Source: Eledone cirrhosa
Taxonomy: Eukaryota
NCBI GenBank assembly: GCA_964016885.1
Contig: OZ024752.1
Location: forward strand, 48,794,001 to 48,858,000
Length of the DNA: 64,000 nucleotides
Direction: 5' to 3'
Positions 1 through 11,650 of this stretch are shown here, one piece after another (the stretch's first letter is position 1; every line of letters starts with the position of its first letter). Made by a program: the position numbers and the translations under genes. The notes beneath the pieces were generated by a model, which saw only the letters and a list, made by a program, of their open reading frames with translations, did not search any database and was not told the origin of the DNA.

Positions 1-495
1 AGTGGTGTGGTGTGGTGGCGTTGTGGTGTAGTGGTGTGGTGTTGTGGTGTAATGGTGTGATTGTGTGGTGTGGTGTTGTGGTGTGGTGTGGTGATGTGTG
101 GTGTGGTGTGGTGCAGTGAGAGAGTGCTACAGGAGAGATAAGAGTAGAGAGAGAGAGAGGTAGGAGTAGAGAGAGAGAGAGAGACAGAGAGAGAGAGTAG
201 AAAATTATATATATATATAAAGAGAGAGGTTGAGAGAGATAGGTAGTAAATAAGAGTGAATGAAAACGAGAGAGAGAGGGGAGAGAGAAGAGAGAAATAA
301 GAGAGAGGAGGAGAGAGAAGAGAGAGAGAGGAGGAGAGAGAAGAGAAAGAAGAGAGCGGAGAGGAGGAGAGAGAAGAGAAAGAAGAGAGCGGAGAGGAGG
401 AGAGAGAAGAGAGAGGGAGGAGAGAAAGAGGGAGCAAGAGAGAGGGGAGAGAAAAAAGAGAGAGAGAGAGAGAGAGAGGAGGAGAGAGGGAAAGA
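1..495. repeat. (GTGGT)n followed by degenerate (GA)n simple repeats
   Basis: Directly visible; explains ORF 260..559. Confidence 0.95.
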
Positions 496-713
496 GAGTT
501 CTTTAGAATTTATAGTTCAAGTCTGTGTCAGGTTCAAATTTATAGTTATTTATTATTAGGATAGGTGTTGGTTTAGAAAGATGCAAGGAAATATTATGGG
601 TAGGTGGGGGTGGGGACTGTCTGAGGTGGGGGTGACTGTCTGGGGGGGGGGGGGGGTTGAAGGCAGGGTATGTATTTAATTTAATTTTCAACTCATTTCA
701 CTTTCTATCATAC

Positions 714-774
714 CATGTCATGTTGTGTCATGTCATTGTCGTTGTAATGTCTCCAATGAGGTCCTCTCTGGTTT
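714..774 (-). CDS. Possible isolated 61-nt internal exon (NQRGPHWRHYNDNDMTQHDM), product unknown
   Basis: Minus strand reads ttcacctcttgccag|AAACCAG...GACATG|gtatga, with a good acceptor and donor. One frame is open. No recognised homology and no partner exons identified. Confidence 0.3.
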
Positions 775-1008
775 CTGGCAAGAGGTGAAGTGTAAATAAA
801 ATCAGAGAAAGGAATGGATATATGAGGGAGAGAGAGAGAGAGAGAGGGAAGAGAGAGAGAAAGAGAGGGGGCACGAGAGAGAGGGAAGAGAAAGAGAGAG
901 AGAGGGAGAGAGAAAGAGAGGGGGCACGAGAGAGAGAGGAGAGGGAGAGGTGGAAAAGAAAGAAAGAGGGAGAGAGAAAAAATGAGAGAGAATGAGGGTG
1001 TGAGAGTG

Positions 1009-1035
<27 letters not shown>

Positions 1036-1039
<4 letters not shown>

Positions 1040-1247
1040 GAAGGAAATGTGGTAAGGAACCAGGTGAACCATAACGCACCAAAGTACTCAATACTTAGGG
1101 TAGTAGAGTGGGTAATAGGAATGAGTAGGACCCCGACGGCTGAGCTCAAGCCGTTTCGACGGCTAATTCTGGACTCATTAGCCATAAACTGTCCAGAATT
1201 AGCCGTTGAAACGGCTTGAGCTCAGCCGTCGGGGTCCTACTCGTTCC

Positions 1248-1250
<3 letters not shown>
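1036..1250 (-). mobile_element. Fold-back Penelope-like pLTR fragment (family P1) with hammerhead 3' half
   Basis: 60-bp inverted arms at 1115-1174 and 1191-1250. Each arm reads GAAA-CGGCT-TGAGCTC-AGCCG-TC (stem III plus GUC). The CUGANGA half is absent. Flanked by (AT)n. Related copies at 16121, 3627 and, diverged, about 13655. Confidence 0.65.
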
Positions 1251-1339
<89 letters not shown>

Positions 1340-1688
1340 ATATGGACATGTGTAAGTGAATGAATGAGTGAGTCATTTGAACTTGATGAAATAAAATGAT
1401 TGAAATGTATCTGTAGCTGACAAAATATTACAAGTTCCATCTGACAGTAAGGACCTCAAAACCTTTACAGAGCTAACAACTTGTGTCTTTTACTAAACAT
1501 TTACTATATAGGTGGGTGGGTCTTATAGCATTCATATTATTGACTATAAAAAGCTTAATATATTTCAAACTAGCTTTCATCATATGGTGTTGGACAGATA
1601 TCTGTGTATATATAAAAAGTACATGATAAAATGACAAGTCAGTCAATTATATTGATGGTCTCTTGTTTGATGAGTTTAAAACCATTCA

Positions 1689-1990
1689 TTAACCCTTTAG
1701 CATTTAAACCGGCCGTATCCGGCCAGAATTATCTCAACTCTTTCTGTTCAAACTGGCCATAACTGGCTGCTCATAGTTATGTTAAGGTATTGTTCTCAAA
1801 ATATTTACAGTAATATGATATAACCAATATTGTCATCATTAAGCTTGTGTTTGGAACATAACTTAACAAAGGTTCTTATGACTGAATATTTTGAAATAAA
1901 TATAACATTTTCAAACAAAATGTTTTGTATCATAGAACTGAGGGCAGATTGAAACAGTTTAGTGTCAAAAGCTTTAAAACGGGAGTCAAC
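1689..1990. mobile_element. piggyBac-like MITE remnant
   Basis: Begins TTAA-CCCTTTAG. Internal sequence is the reverse complement of the MITE family at 38755-39920. Confidence 0.55.
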
Positions 1991-2521
1991 TATTTCTTTC
2001 TTTTCTCTTTACATACACACACACAGAGGAGTGGATTTAGATGTTGGGGGACCCGGGGCACTTCATATTTGGGGCTTCAGCCCTGGGGGCCCCTCATACA
2101 CACAAAAAAAAAAAAGGCTACACAGCAAACCCCACCAATTTTACATATCAAAGTTAGTTTGGCACAAGTAATTGGAATTGAAAGGTTATACATACAGGTA
2201 TTAAATTCAAAAATTCTAACCATCCTAAAACTAAAAAGCCCAGCTGAGGGCACAAATAAATTGCTACAGCCGTCACTTCTCAATATCTCATTCATTCACT
2301 CATTCATTCATTCTCCTTCACATTTCTCTCTTACCACCCACCCACCCCTAACCAACAGACTCAAATCAATGTTTCCTTCCTTCAAAATATCAATACAAAA
2401 AAACATAAACTTATTCCTATCTGTCACCCTCCTACATTTCACAGTCCCCATAATATCTTCTACTTACAATAAACTCACACAAGGGGCAGGGCTGGTAGGG
2501 TGGTGGGTAGGAGGATCTTCA

Positions 2522-2555
<34 letters not shown>

Positions 2556-2719
2556 GTGCCAAAAATCAAAAGAGAAAACTCACAAAGGAAAAAGCCTCCA
2601 CAAAACACAAAAACATCCACAACAAAAAATACAGACACCAACAAAGCAACACACTTCCCCAATAATACCAACATCAACATCAACACCATCCCCACAATCC
2701 CCTAAACGCAAATAATAAA

Positions 2720-2900
2720 AACAATAATAATGCTTTCTTTATTAAACCACAAGGGTTTACACAAAGTAAGACATTAAGGACAGTACAGGATAATACAGGA
2801 CGGTAAAAATGGGAATTTCTGCACGTAAAAATACAAAAATAGAGGGTGTAATAAAAAAAGAAGAAAAAAAAAGAAAAACAAAAAATAATAATAATAATAA
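2720..2900 (-). mobile_element. Retroposon 3' end with AATAAA and (ATT)n tail (possibly L1/Tx1-like)
   Basis: Homologous to 63875-63992 (+). Similar ends at about 13120-13245 (-), 14380-14532 (+) and 18330-18465 (+). Clade assignment is an inference. Confidence 0.5.
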
Positions 2901-3264
2901 TAATAACAATATCATAAGCTGCCCAAAGCACTTCCCCATCCATCCTTATTTCTCTATCTCCTTATTTTGCTAGTACCCTCTCTGTCTGCTACCTTACCCC
3001 CACAACACAGGTGTGTAGGGGTGGAGTCGGTGGTTTTGAAATAACATAGGAAAGCTGTCAAAGTTAAGTGTAACGAAACAACAAAACAATTAAAGCATGT
3101 CTTGCCACTTGTGAGACAGTTTATGACATGTCATAGCCAATTATCAATAGAAAATCAATAAACAATTCTTGCCCAATCATATCCCATTGCACAGCAACGT
3201 AATGTGATGTGACTGGATTATATATATATATATATATAGGGTATTTTTAGTAATATTTTTGTAA

Positions 3265-3342
<78 letters not shown>

Positions 3343-3347
<5 letters not shown>

Positions 3348-3678
3348 AAAGTTCTATTTAAATTGTTGGGATACAACAAGCAAATATTTTTATAACTGAT
3401 ATAAAGCACTCAACAAATAATTGGAGTAAAAATACGATATTAACAAATGGAAACTATATTTATAAAACCATATTTATTTCATTATACATATTTCAAGGGC
3501 ACCAAGTTAAATTAAGGTGTGCTTTCATCAGATAAAATATAATATAGAGCAGTTTTATAAATAAATATTGACATACCCTGAAAGAATGCAACCATTTCTG
3601 TTGGAAGCTCCCGGATAGTACTATCGCAGAATTAGCCGTCGAAACAGCTTGAGCTCAGCCATCGGGGTCCTACTCGTT

Positions 3679-3682
<4 letters not shown>
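3343..3682 (-). mobile_element. Penelope-like pLTR fragment (family P2) fused to an opposite-orientation P1 fragment
   Basis: 3343-3625 is homologous to 59118-59400; 3627-3682 matches the P1 arm. (AT)n lies on both sides. Confidence 0.65.
3475..3539 (-). ncRNA. Minimal type I hammerhead ribozyme
   Basis: UAUUUUAU-CUGAUGA-AAGCACACC[uuaauuuaacuu]GGUGCCCUU-GAAA-UAUGUAUA-AUGAAAUA: 8-bp stem I, intact core, minimal stem III, AUA cleavage triplet. Confidence 0.75.
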
Positions 3683-3719
<37 letters not shown>

Positions 3720-4128
3720 TTGTAACCATGCTTCTAATAACTATCTTTGTAGTTTCTTCTGTCTATCTAATATACCCTAACTCCTTTTAGAATTTAAAAA
3801 AAAACATTCCTTTACCTTATTACTAATGAAATGTACTTTTCAAACAATTTTGGTAATAATCAATAATTTGGAGGGATTTAGTAATATATATAACACTCTC
3901 AGTATTAAGCTGGTGTTTGAAGCATAATTTAAGAAAGTTTTTAACATGATGGAAGTCTTTTGAATAAATATAGACAGAATATAAAGATTTTAAAATAAAC
4001 AGGTTTGTGTCATAGAACAAGGGATGTTTTCAAGTGGATTGGTATAAAAAGTGCTAAGATACCACACAAACTTTATGGTAATGATATCTCTCTCTCTATA
4101 TATATATATATATATACTGTGTATATGA

Positions 4129-4408
4129 GGTATAAGCTGTAGTGTGCGGGAGAGAAGATTGCGATGGTATCAACATGTGATGCACATGGAGGATGACCGG
4201 TGGGTAAAGAAGTGCCAAGAAGAGTGAGTAGAAGGAAGACGCAGTAGAGGTAGACCACGAAAAACAGGGGCGGAGGTGGTGAGAGCAGACCTCAGATCGC
4301 TGAAACTCACGGAGGGGATAACGAAGGAGCGTGACAAGTGGAGAGATGCTGTGCTGAATAGGACCCGTCCCACCCTTGCTAGCAGGGAAAGGCGGACATA
4401 AAATGATG

Positions 4409-4410
<2 letters not shown>
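4129..4410 (+). mobile_element. RTE-clade LINE 3' fragment (decayed)
   Basis: Translates RRLRWYQHVMHMEDDRWVKK..*VEGRRSRGRPRKT..VRADL..ERDKWR, the typical RTE ORF C-terminus. One in-frame stop; (GAT)n tail. Confidence 0.9.
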
Positions 4411-4441
<31 letters not shown>

Positions 4442-4536
4442 AATATAAGAAAAATGGAGTGCTGTGTGGTTGCATATGGGTTACATATGAATAAAATTAG
4501 TCCTTCATCAGTGATCTTCCAACCTTCATACATATA

Positions 4537-4596
<60 letters not shown>

Positions 4597-4832
4597 ATTA
4601 GTTTTTGAATTTGTTTTGCAATATATATATATATATATATTTATTTATTTATTTATTAATATATACAAACGCACACATGTAAATATCTATATATAAAAAA
4701 AAAACACATACACACATATGTATAAAGATGTCTACATTTGTTGCAATTATAAAAATTTCTACATACATTCATATTATATTAGTGCTCATTTTACATATGT
4801 CTGTATGTATGTCTGTACATAAGTATATATAT

Positions 4833-4871
<39 letters not shown>

Positions 4872-4924
4872 GTTTAACATCCGTGTTCCATGCTTATATA
4901 TATAAATAAATATATATATAATAT

Positions 4925-5236
4925 ACGATCAAAAAATGGTTAAAAGAGTTCCATGTATTTTATTATGCGCATTTCAAAAACAAATATCATCATGAGATGA
5001 CATTTGCGTTTTCGTCAGATAAAATAGGGAGACATGATATGAAGGTTAAAAAACACTTGTGAATAGTGCACTCATGATGATATTTGTTTTTGAAATGCGC
5101 ATAATAAAATACATGGAACTCTTTTAACCATCTTTTGATCTTATATTATTTATACTCTAGTCCTACAAACTGTAGAGTGCTACTTATCCGATATCTGCAT
5201 TGCTTTATTGTTCTACAATAAAACTCACCTCCTACA
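4925..5236. mobile_element. Fold-back Penelope-like pLTR fragment (family P3)
   Basis: 70-bp inverted arms at 4927-4996 and 5071-5140. Contains a full hammerhead on the minus strand. (AT)n flanks. Confidence 0.7.
4956..5026 (-). ncRNA. Minimal type I hammerhead ribozyme
   Basis: UAUUUUAU-CUGACGA-AAACGCAAAUGUCAUC[UCAU]GAUGAUAUUUGUUUUU-GAAA-UGCGCAUA-AUAAAAUA: perfect 8-bp stem I, about 15-bp stem II, palindromic stem III AUGCGCAU, AUA triplet. Confidence 0.88.
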
Positions 5237-5271
5237 TATATATATATATATATATATATACTTATGTACAG

Positions 5272-5376
<105 letters not shown>

Positions 5377-5396
5377 AATACAGATGCCTGTTTTAG

Positions 5397-5633
5397 AGAC
5401 AAGAGAATGAGGAAGTTCTAAGTGATATGTACGAAGGCGTTTCCATTAACTTTGAAGAAATCAATGGAGCAATTACCATATATACAAAGGCGCCATTAGT
5501 TTACATTGCAAACGAGTGAAGTTATCTGGAGGATGATATCAATCACGAACCAAACGAGCAGTACATGATTGAACCTGACGGTAAATTTTGTGGTCAAAGG
5601 TCACCTGTAGATGCAATGCTCTCTTCTTTCAAG
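5397..5633 (+). pseudogene. Exon-like 237-nt segment with one in-frame TGA
   Basis: ttttag|AGA...AAG|gtaata; 79 codons with protein-like composition; TGA at 5517-5519. No homology recognised. Confidence 0.3.
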
Positions 5634-5792
5634 GTAATAACCTCCTTACTCAAATGAATGACAATATATATTGTAACATGGTCTATGAAATCAAAGAGGG
5701 TATAGCATAACAGAGAAAAAGAAGGTACAAGGTTTTTGTATTGGTATATGACTGGTATATACCGATACTGTCTGTACCAGATGACTGGTATA

Positions 5793-5970
5793 GACAGTAT
5801 CGGTAGAGGGTCGGATGCCATGCCTTCCAGCATAGAGTTACGGCCCTTTATGGTCTGAGTTCCAATCCCGCTGAGGTTAACTTTGCCTTTCATCCTTACG
5901 GGGGGTCGATAAAACAAAGTACCAGTAATACACTGGAATAATTGCTGGCCTTGTGCCAATAGTAGACACA
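5793..5970 (+). mobile_element. tRNA-derived SINE family A
   Basis: Head with A/B-box-like motifs and a CTTTGCCTTTCATCCTTACGGGGTCGATAAAA core resembling the Meta-SINE domain. Many copies in the window. Confidence 0.85.
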
Positions 5971-6279
5971 ACTGGTATAGACAGAGCCAGCTCCTGGGTA
6001 TTTAGTGCCCTAAGTTATCTCTACAGTGTGGCCCCTTCTTCTAGTTATTCTCTCCATTCCAACAACAGACATTTTATGGTAGTTTTCCTTGCTAAAGCAG
6101 GAGTTTTCCTTGCAGGTCCCATGACAACCTTCTCCATTTTGCCCTAATGTCTGCACACTACTCACTAATCTCCTGGTTTTCCTCTTCCATTATCTCAACT
6201 CATGTCTTTCTTCATCTTTTTCTTCTTTCTATTATCTTTCCACATTCATTTCTCTCCCTTCTCTCATCCAATCACTTTT

Positions 6280-6850
6280 ATTCTATACATACATTCTATA
6301 CATACATACATTCTATACATACATACATTCTATACATACATACATACATTCTATTCTATACATACATACATTCTATACATACATTCTATACATACATACA
6401 TACATTCTATTCTATACATACATTCTATACATACATACATACATTCTATTCTATACATACATAATTCTATACATACATACATTCTATACATACATGCATA
6501 CATTCTATACATACATACATTCTATACATACATACATACATTCTATTCTATACATACATTCTATACATACATACATACATTCTATTCTATACATACATTC
6601 TATACATACATACATACATTCTATTCTATACATACATACATTCTATACATACATACATTCTATACATACATACATTCTATACATACATACATACATTCTA
6701 TTCTATACATACATACATTCTATACATACATAATTCTATACATACATTCTATATTATACATACATTCTATACAAACATTCTATACATACCTTCTATATTT
6801 ACACTCTATTCTATTCATACATTCCATACTAGACATACATTCATACATAC
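6280..6850. repeat. ATTCT(ATAC)n compound minisatellite
   Basis: Directly visible. Confidence 0.95.
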
Positions 6851-6894
6851 ATCGTTATTTCAGAGCACTGATACTAATATATATATATATATAT

Positions 6895-7091
6895 ATGTAT
6901 ACGTTATTCCGGGTTGAATCGGAGGTAACCACAGTAAGTAAGGTACTCAATACATTGCAGAGTATAAAAGTTTTAATATAGAAGAGATTCTACAGGACTA
7001 GAACTGTTTCATTCATTAGAAATAGGATTCCTGATGATTTCTAATGAATGAAACAGTTCTAGTCCTGTAGAATCTCTTCTATATTAAAACT
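6895..7091. mobile_element. Fold-back Penelope-like pLTR fragment (family P4)
   Basis: 55-bp inverted arms at 6969-7023 and 7037-7091, in (AT)n. Confidence 0.7.
7025..7075 (+). ncRNA. Type I hammerhead ribozyme (U10-U11 variant)
   Basis: GGAUUC-CUGAUGA-UUUC[UAAU]GAAU-GAAA-CAG[UUCUAGUC]CUGU-A-GAAUCU: 6-bp stem I, 4-bp stem III, GUA cleavage triplet. Confidence 0.85.
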
Positions 7092-7118
7092 ATATATATA
7101 CATATGTATATATATATA

Positions 7119-7157
<39 letters not shown>

Positions 7158-7207
7158 CACACACACATATATATACACATACATAAATATACACACACAC
7201 ATATATA

Positions 7208-7337
<130 letters not shown>

Positions 7338-7406
7338 TACCAGTGCTCTGAAATAACGATGTATGTATGAATGTATGTCATTGTTGTAACTGATTATATA
7401 TATATA

Positions 7407-7493
<87 letters not shown>

Positions 7494-7548
7494 TATTTAA
7501 GCTGCCCCATTTGTAGAAACCAATGTGTATATATGTGTGTGTATATAT

Positions 7549-8101
7549 ATGGTCGGGTCGTTGGCGACTAAACTGGCAACCCCACCAAGGTTTCTTGGTG
7601 AGGAGGGTGACTTTGGACATCCTGCAGGACTAAAAACAAAACGTGTCAAAGGGCAAAGGAGCTCTTAAGAGTCAATGGCCATCCAAAATCACCGGGAAAG
7701 ATGACCCCTTAGCCTTTGTCAAGGCAGAATTCTAGGAGAAGGAAAACTCTGATATAACACCTGCAACTCTGATGGTATCCAATGATGTTGACTTGTTCTT
7801 CTTTTTGGTAAATATCATCTTGGTTAAGAGAGTGGACTGGCTTTGTGCAGTGCCTTTGCTCACTATAAAAGCTTCACGGCACAGGCATTGCTTTATATCT
7901 GGAGATCTCTCTGCACTTGTCGTCACAGGGTACCATGGCCCCAGCACTATGTGTCAATATTTGTCACAAGTGTGGTGTTTGTACCAGAGTTTTCAAGTCG
8001 CTGGCTGGACTAAAAGGTCACACTCGTTCAGTGCATCGGTAGGGGTTCTCCTATATGGATATAAAGTAGTGGCCGTACTCGAAAACGAGTTGGCAGCCAC
8101 C
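7549..8101 (+). mobile_element. Non-autonomous bipartite RTE-derived element (5'-truncated copy)
   Basis: Closely similar to 32692-33300. The 3' part encodes HKCGVCTRVFKSLAGLKGHTRSVHR* (7965-8042), a C2H2 finger like the C-terminus of some RTE ORFs. Confidence 0.75.
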
Positions 8102-8188
8102 ATATATATATATATATATATACATACATACATATAACCACACATACATACATACTTATATGCTAACGTGGAAAATGGACGTTAAACA

Positions 8189-8220
<32 letters not shown>

Positions 8221-8399
8221 AACGATGATATTGATGATGATGATGATGATGAATCAAGCATGCATGGCTACATGCACACTTACATGTGTATGGTAATCCA
8301 TTATCTATCAATACTTACATCATTATCAATCAAACTATCCTTCTGTGTTTGTCTATTCATATATTTATCCTCATTTCCTGTCCATCCAACCATTCAATG

Positions 8400-9420
8400 A
8401 CCCAGCCAGCCTGCCTTACATCCAACCATCCAGCCAGCCTTCCATATATCTAACCATCCAACCATCCAGCCCTCCAGCCTTCCATATATCTAACCATCCA
8501 ACCATCCAGCCCTCCAGCCTTCCATATATCTAACCATCCAACCATCCCTCCCTCCAGCCTTCCATATATCTAACCATCAAACCATCCCGCCCTCCAGCCT
8601 TCCATATATCTAACCATCCAACCATCCAGCCCTCCAGCCTTCCATATATCTAACCATCCAACCATCCAACAATCCAGCCTTCCATATATCTAACCATCCA
8701 ACCATCCAGCCCTCCAGCCTTCCATATATCTAAACATCCAACCATCCCTCCCTCCATCCTTCCATATATCTAACCATCCAGCCATCCCTCCCTCCAGCCT
8801 TCCATATATCTAACCATCCAACCATCCAACAATCCAGCCTTCCATATATCTAACCATCCAACCATCCAGCCCTCCAGCCTTCCATATATCTAACCATCCA
8901 ACCATCCCCCCCTCCAGCCTTCCATATATCTAACCATCCAGCCATCCCTCCCTCCAGCCTTCCATATATCTAACCATCCAACCATCCCTCCCTCCAGCCT
9001 TCCATATATCTAACCATCCAACCATCCCTCCCTCAAGCCTTCCATATATCTAACCATCCAACCATCCCTCCCTCAAGCCTTCCATATATCTAACCATCCA
9101 ACCATCCAACCATCCAGCCTTCCATATCTCCAGCCATCCAACCATCCTACCACCCAACCACCCCTCCCTCCATCCCTCCATATATCCAACCATCTATCTA
9201 TCCCTCCCTTTATATATACACAACCACTCAACCATCCAACAATCCAACCTTCCAACCATCTCTCCCTCCCTCCCTCCCTCTATATCCACACATCCATCCC
9301 TCCCACCCTCTATATATCCAACCATACAACCATCCTTCCATATCTCCATCCCTCCATATCTCCAACCATCCAACCATCTCTCCCTCTCTATATCCAACCA
9401 TTCAACCATCTGTCCATTCT
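8400..9420. repeat. 40-bp minisatellite (about 17 regular copies, 8441-9120) with degenerate flanks
   Basis: Unit TCCATATATCTAACCATCCAACCATCCAGCCCTCCAGCCT. Confidence 0.95.
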
Positions 9421-9889
9421 TCCATCAATCTACCATCATTCTAACATAAATTGATAACACAGAAGTAAAGGTTTTGTTAAGGCCTGGCTAACAAAACCTT
9501 TACCTCAATAAAGATTCACTTTAAATTTCTCCACATTTGTTTACATCTTCTAAGAATTCAAACAGACAGAAAAACAAAAACAAAAATAAAAATAAAAATA
9601 AAAATAAAAATAAAAATAAAAATAAAAATAAAAATAAAAATAAAAATAAAAACAAAAACAAAAACAAAAACAAAAACAAAAACAAAAATAAAAATAATAA
9701 AAATAAAAATAAAAATAAAAATAAAATAAAGGAAAATAAATGGAAATAAACGAAATGAAATGAAATATTGATGGAAATATGAAAGCCATGCATGAAATGG
9801 TGTAATTACAGCAAATAAGATGAAGGTACCTTCAGTTTTCATTGCTAAACCCAGCTTTTATTTTGCCATTTCTGCTTCAATATCATTTC

Positions 9890-9977
9890 AATTAAATTTC
9901 ATTTGGTTCTATGCCTATTGTATCTATCTATGTATGTATCTATGTATGTATGTGTATATATATATATTATATAAATT

Positions 9978-10008
<31 letters not shown>

Positions 10009-10034
10009 ATTTATATATATATATATATATTTTC

Positions 10035-10066
<32 letters not shown>

Positions 10067-10219
10067 GAAAATATATATATATATATAAATATATATATAT
10101 ATAAATAAATATATATATATATATATAAATTTATATAATATATATATATATATACACATATATAGATACATACATACATAGATAGATACAATAGGCATAA
10201 AACCAAATGAAATTTAATT
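9890..10219. repeat. Inverted duplication around an (AT)n core
   Basis: aattaaatttcatttggttctatgcctattgtatctatc versus gatagatacaataggcataaaaccaaatgaaatttaatt. Confidence 0.9.
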
Positions 10220-10221
10220 AC

Positions 10222-10276
<55 letters not shown>

Positions 10277-10513
10277 CATATATATATGTATGTATCTATA
10301 TATACAAACACACACACATATACATATATATATATATACAGACATATTCATATATACATACATATATATATATATACATGTATATATATATAGACATATT
10401 TATATATATATACATATATTTATATATATATACATATATTTATATATATATATATATATATACATATATGTATATATATACATATTTATATATACATGTG
10501 CACACACACTCAT

Positions 10514-10546
<33 letters not shown>

Positions 10547-10881
10547 CACGCACCCATGTATATACACAAACATATGTATATATAAACATTTCCAATTACA
10601 TTGAAAGCAAATTTATCAAATTTATCTATTGATAGTATCTTGTGGAACCCCCTTGATGCTGGACAAATATTTTTAAGGTGTCAACCTCAAATTTTATGGC
10701 CAGCAGACATGGCTGTCTGGTTAAAAGGTTTGTTTTGTATTAACTACATGTTATCAGGTTTGATCACACTATGTAACATTTGATATGGTCTACTATAGCA
10801 TGGTTGCCATCATTTGGCTGAATGGTTCTGGAAACAACCATCCAGCTGTAAAATATAATATTTGCCATGACACATTTCTCA

Positions 10882-10933
<52 letters not shown>

Positions 10934-11055
10934 ACTATCTATGTCTCTATCTATTCAGTTAAACCTATGTAGCAAAACAAACATGCTATCTATAAGATAG
11001 CATGTTCACACTCGTGTGTATGTTTGTTTGTATATATATATATAAATACACACAC

Positions 11056-11104
<49 letters not shown>

Positions 11105-11228
11105 TAGATATGTATACACAAAACCCTCTTTCTGTCTCATCACTTCTTGGACAAGTCTCTGTTCTACCTTCTGTCTTGTCTTTGTTCTGTTTCAACTTGG
11201 ATCTTATTCTGGCTTCCCATTTCAAAGA

Positions 11229-11435
11229 CAACAACAGCAACAACAACACTAACAATAACGCCACCAACCACCATGCTTTCACAAAAACAACAACAACAAC
11301 ACTAACAACAACACAACAACAACAGCACTAACAACATTAACAACAACACCACCACCAATCACCATAGTTACACAACAACAACACTAACAACAACACCGCC
11401 ACCAACCACCATGCTTTCACAACAACAACAACACT

Positions 11436-11466
<31 letters not shown>

Positions 11467-11531
11467 CCAACAACAACAGCACTAACAACACTAACAACAA
11501 CAACAATAACACCACCAACCACCATGCTTTC

Positions 11532-11564
<33 letters not shown>

Positions 11565-11619
11565 CTAACAACAACACCACCAACCACCATGCTTTCACAA
11601 CAACAACAACAACAACACT

Positions 11620-11650
<31 letters not shown>

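Noticed and set aside
1417-1446. Possible 30-nt plus-strand micro-exon (LTKYYKFHLT)
   Set aside because: Weak polypyrimidine tract; such a match is expected by chance.
7965-8042. C2H2 zinc finger as a host ZNF gene exon
   Set aside because: It is a single finger within a repeated element with a disrupted upstream frame, and the paralogue has lost a His.
9455-9503. 15-bp inverted repeat followed by AATAAA
   Set aside because: Possibly another fold-back element, but there is no ribozyme core or second copy in the window to support a call.
11120-11228. Minus-strand peptide KWEARIRSKLKQNKDKTE
   Set aside because: No AG acceptor upstream and no recognisable family.
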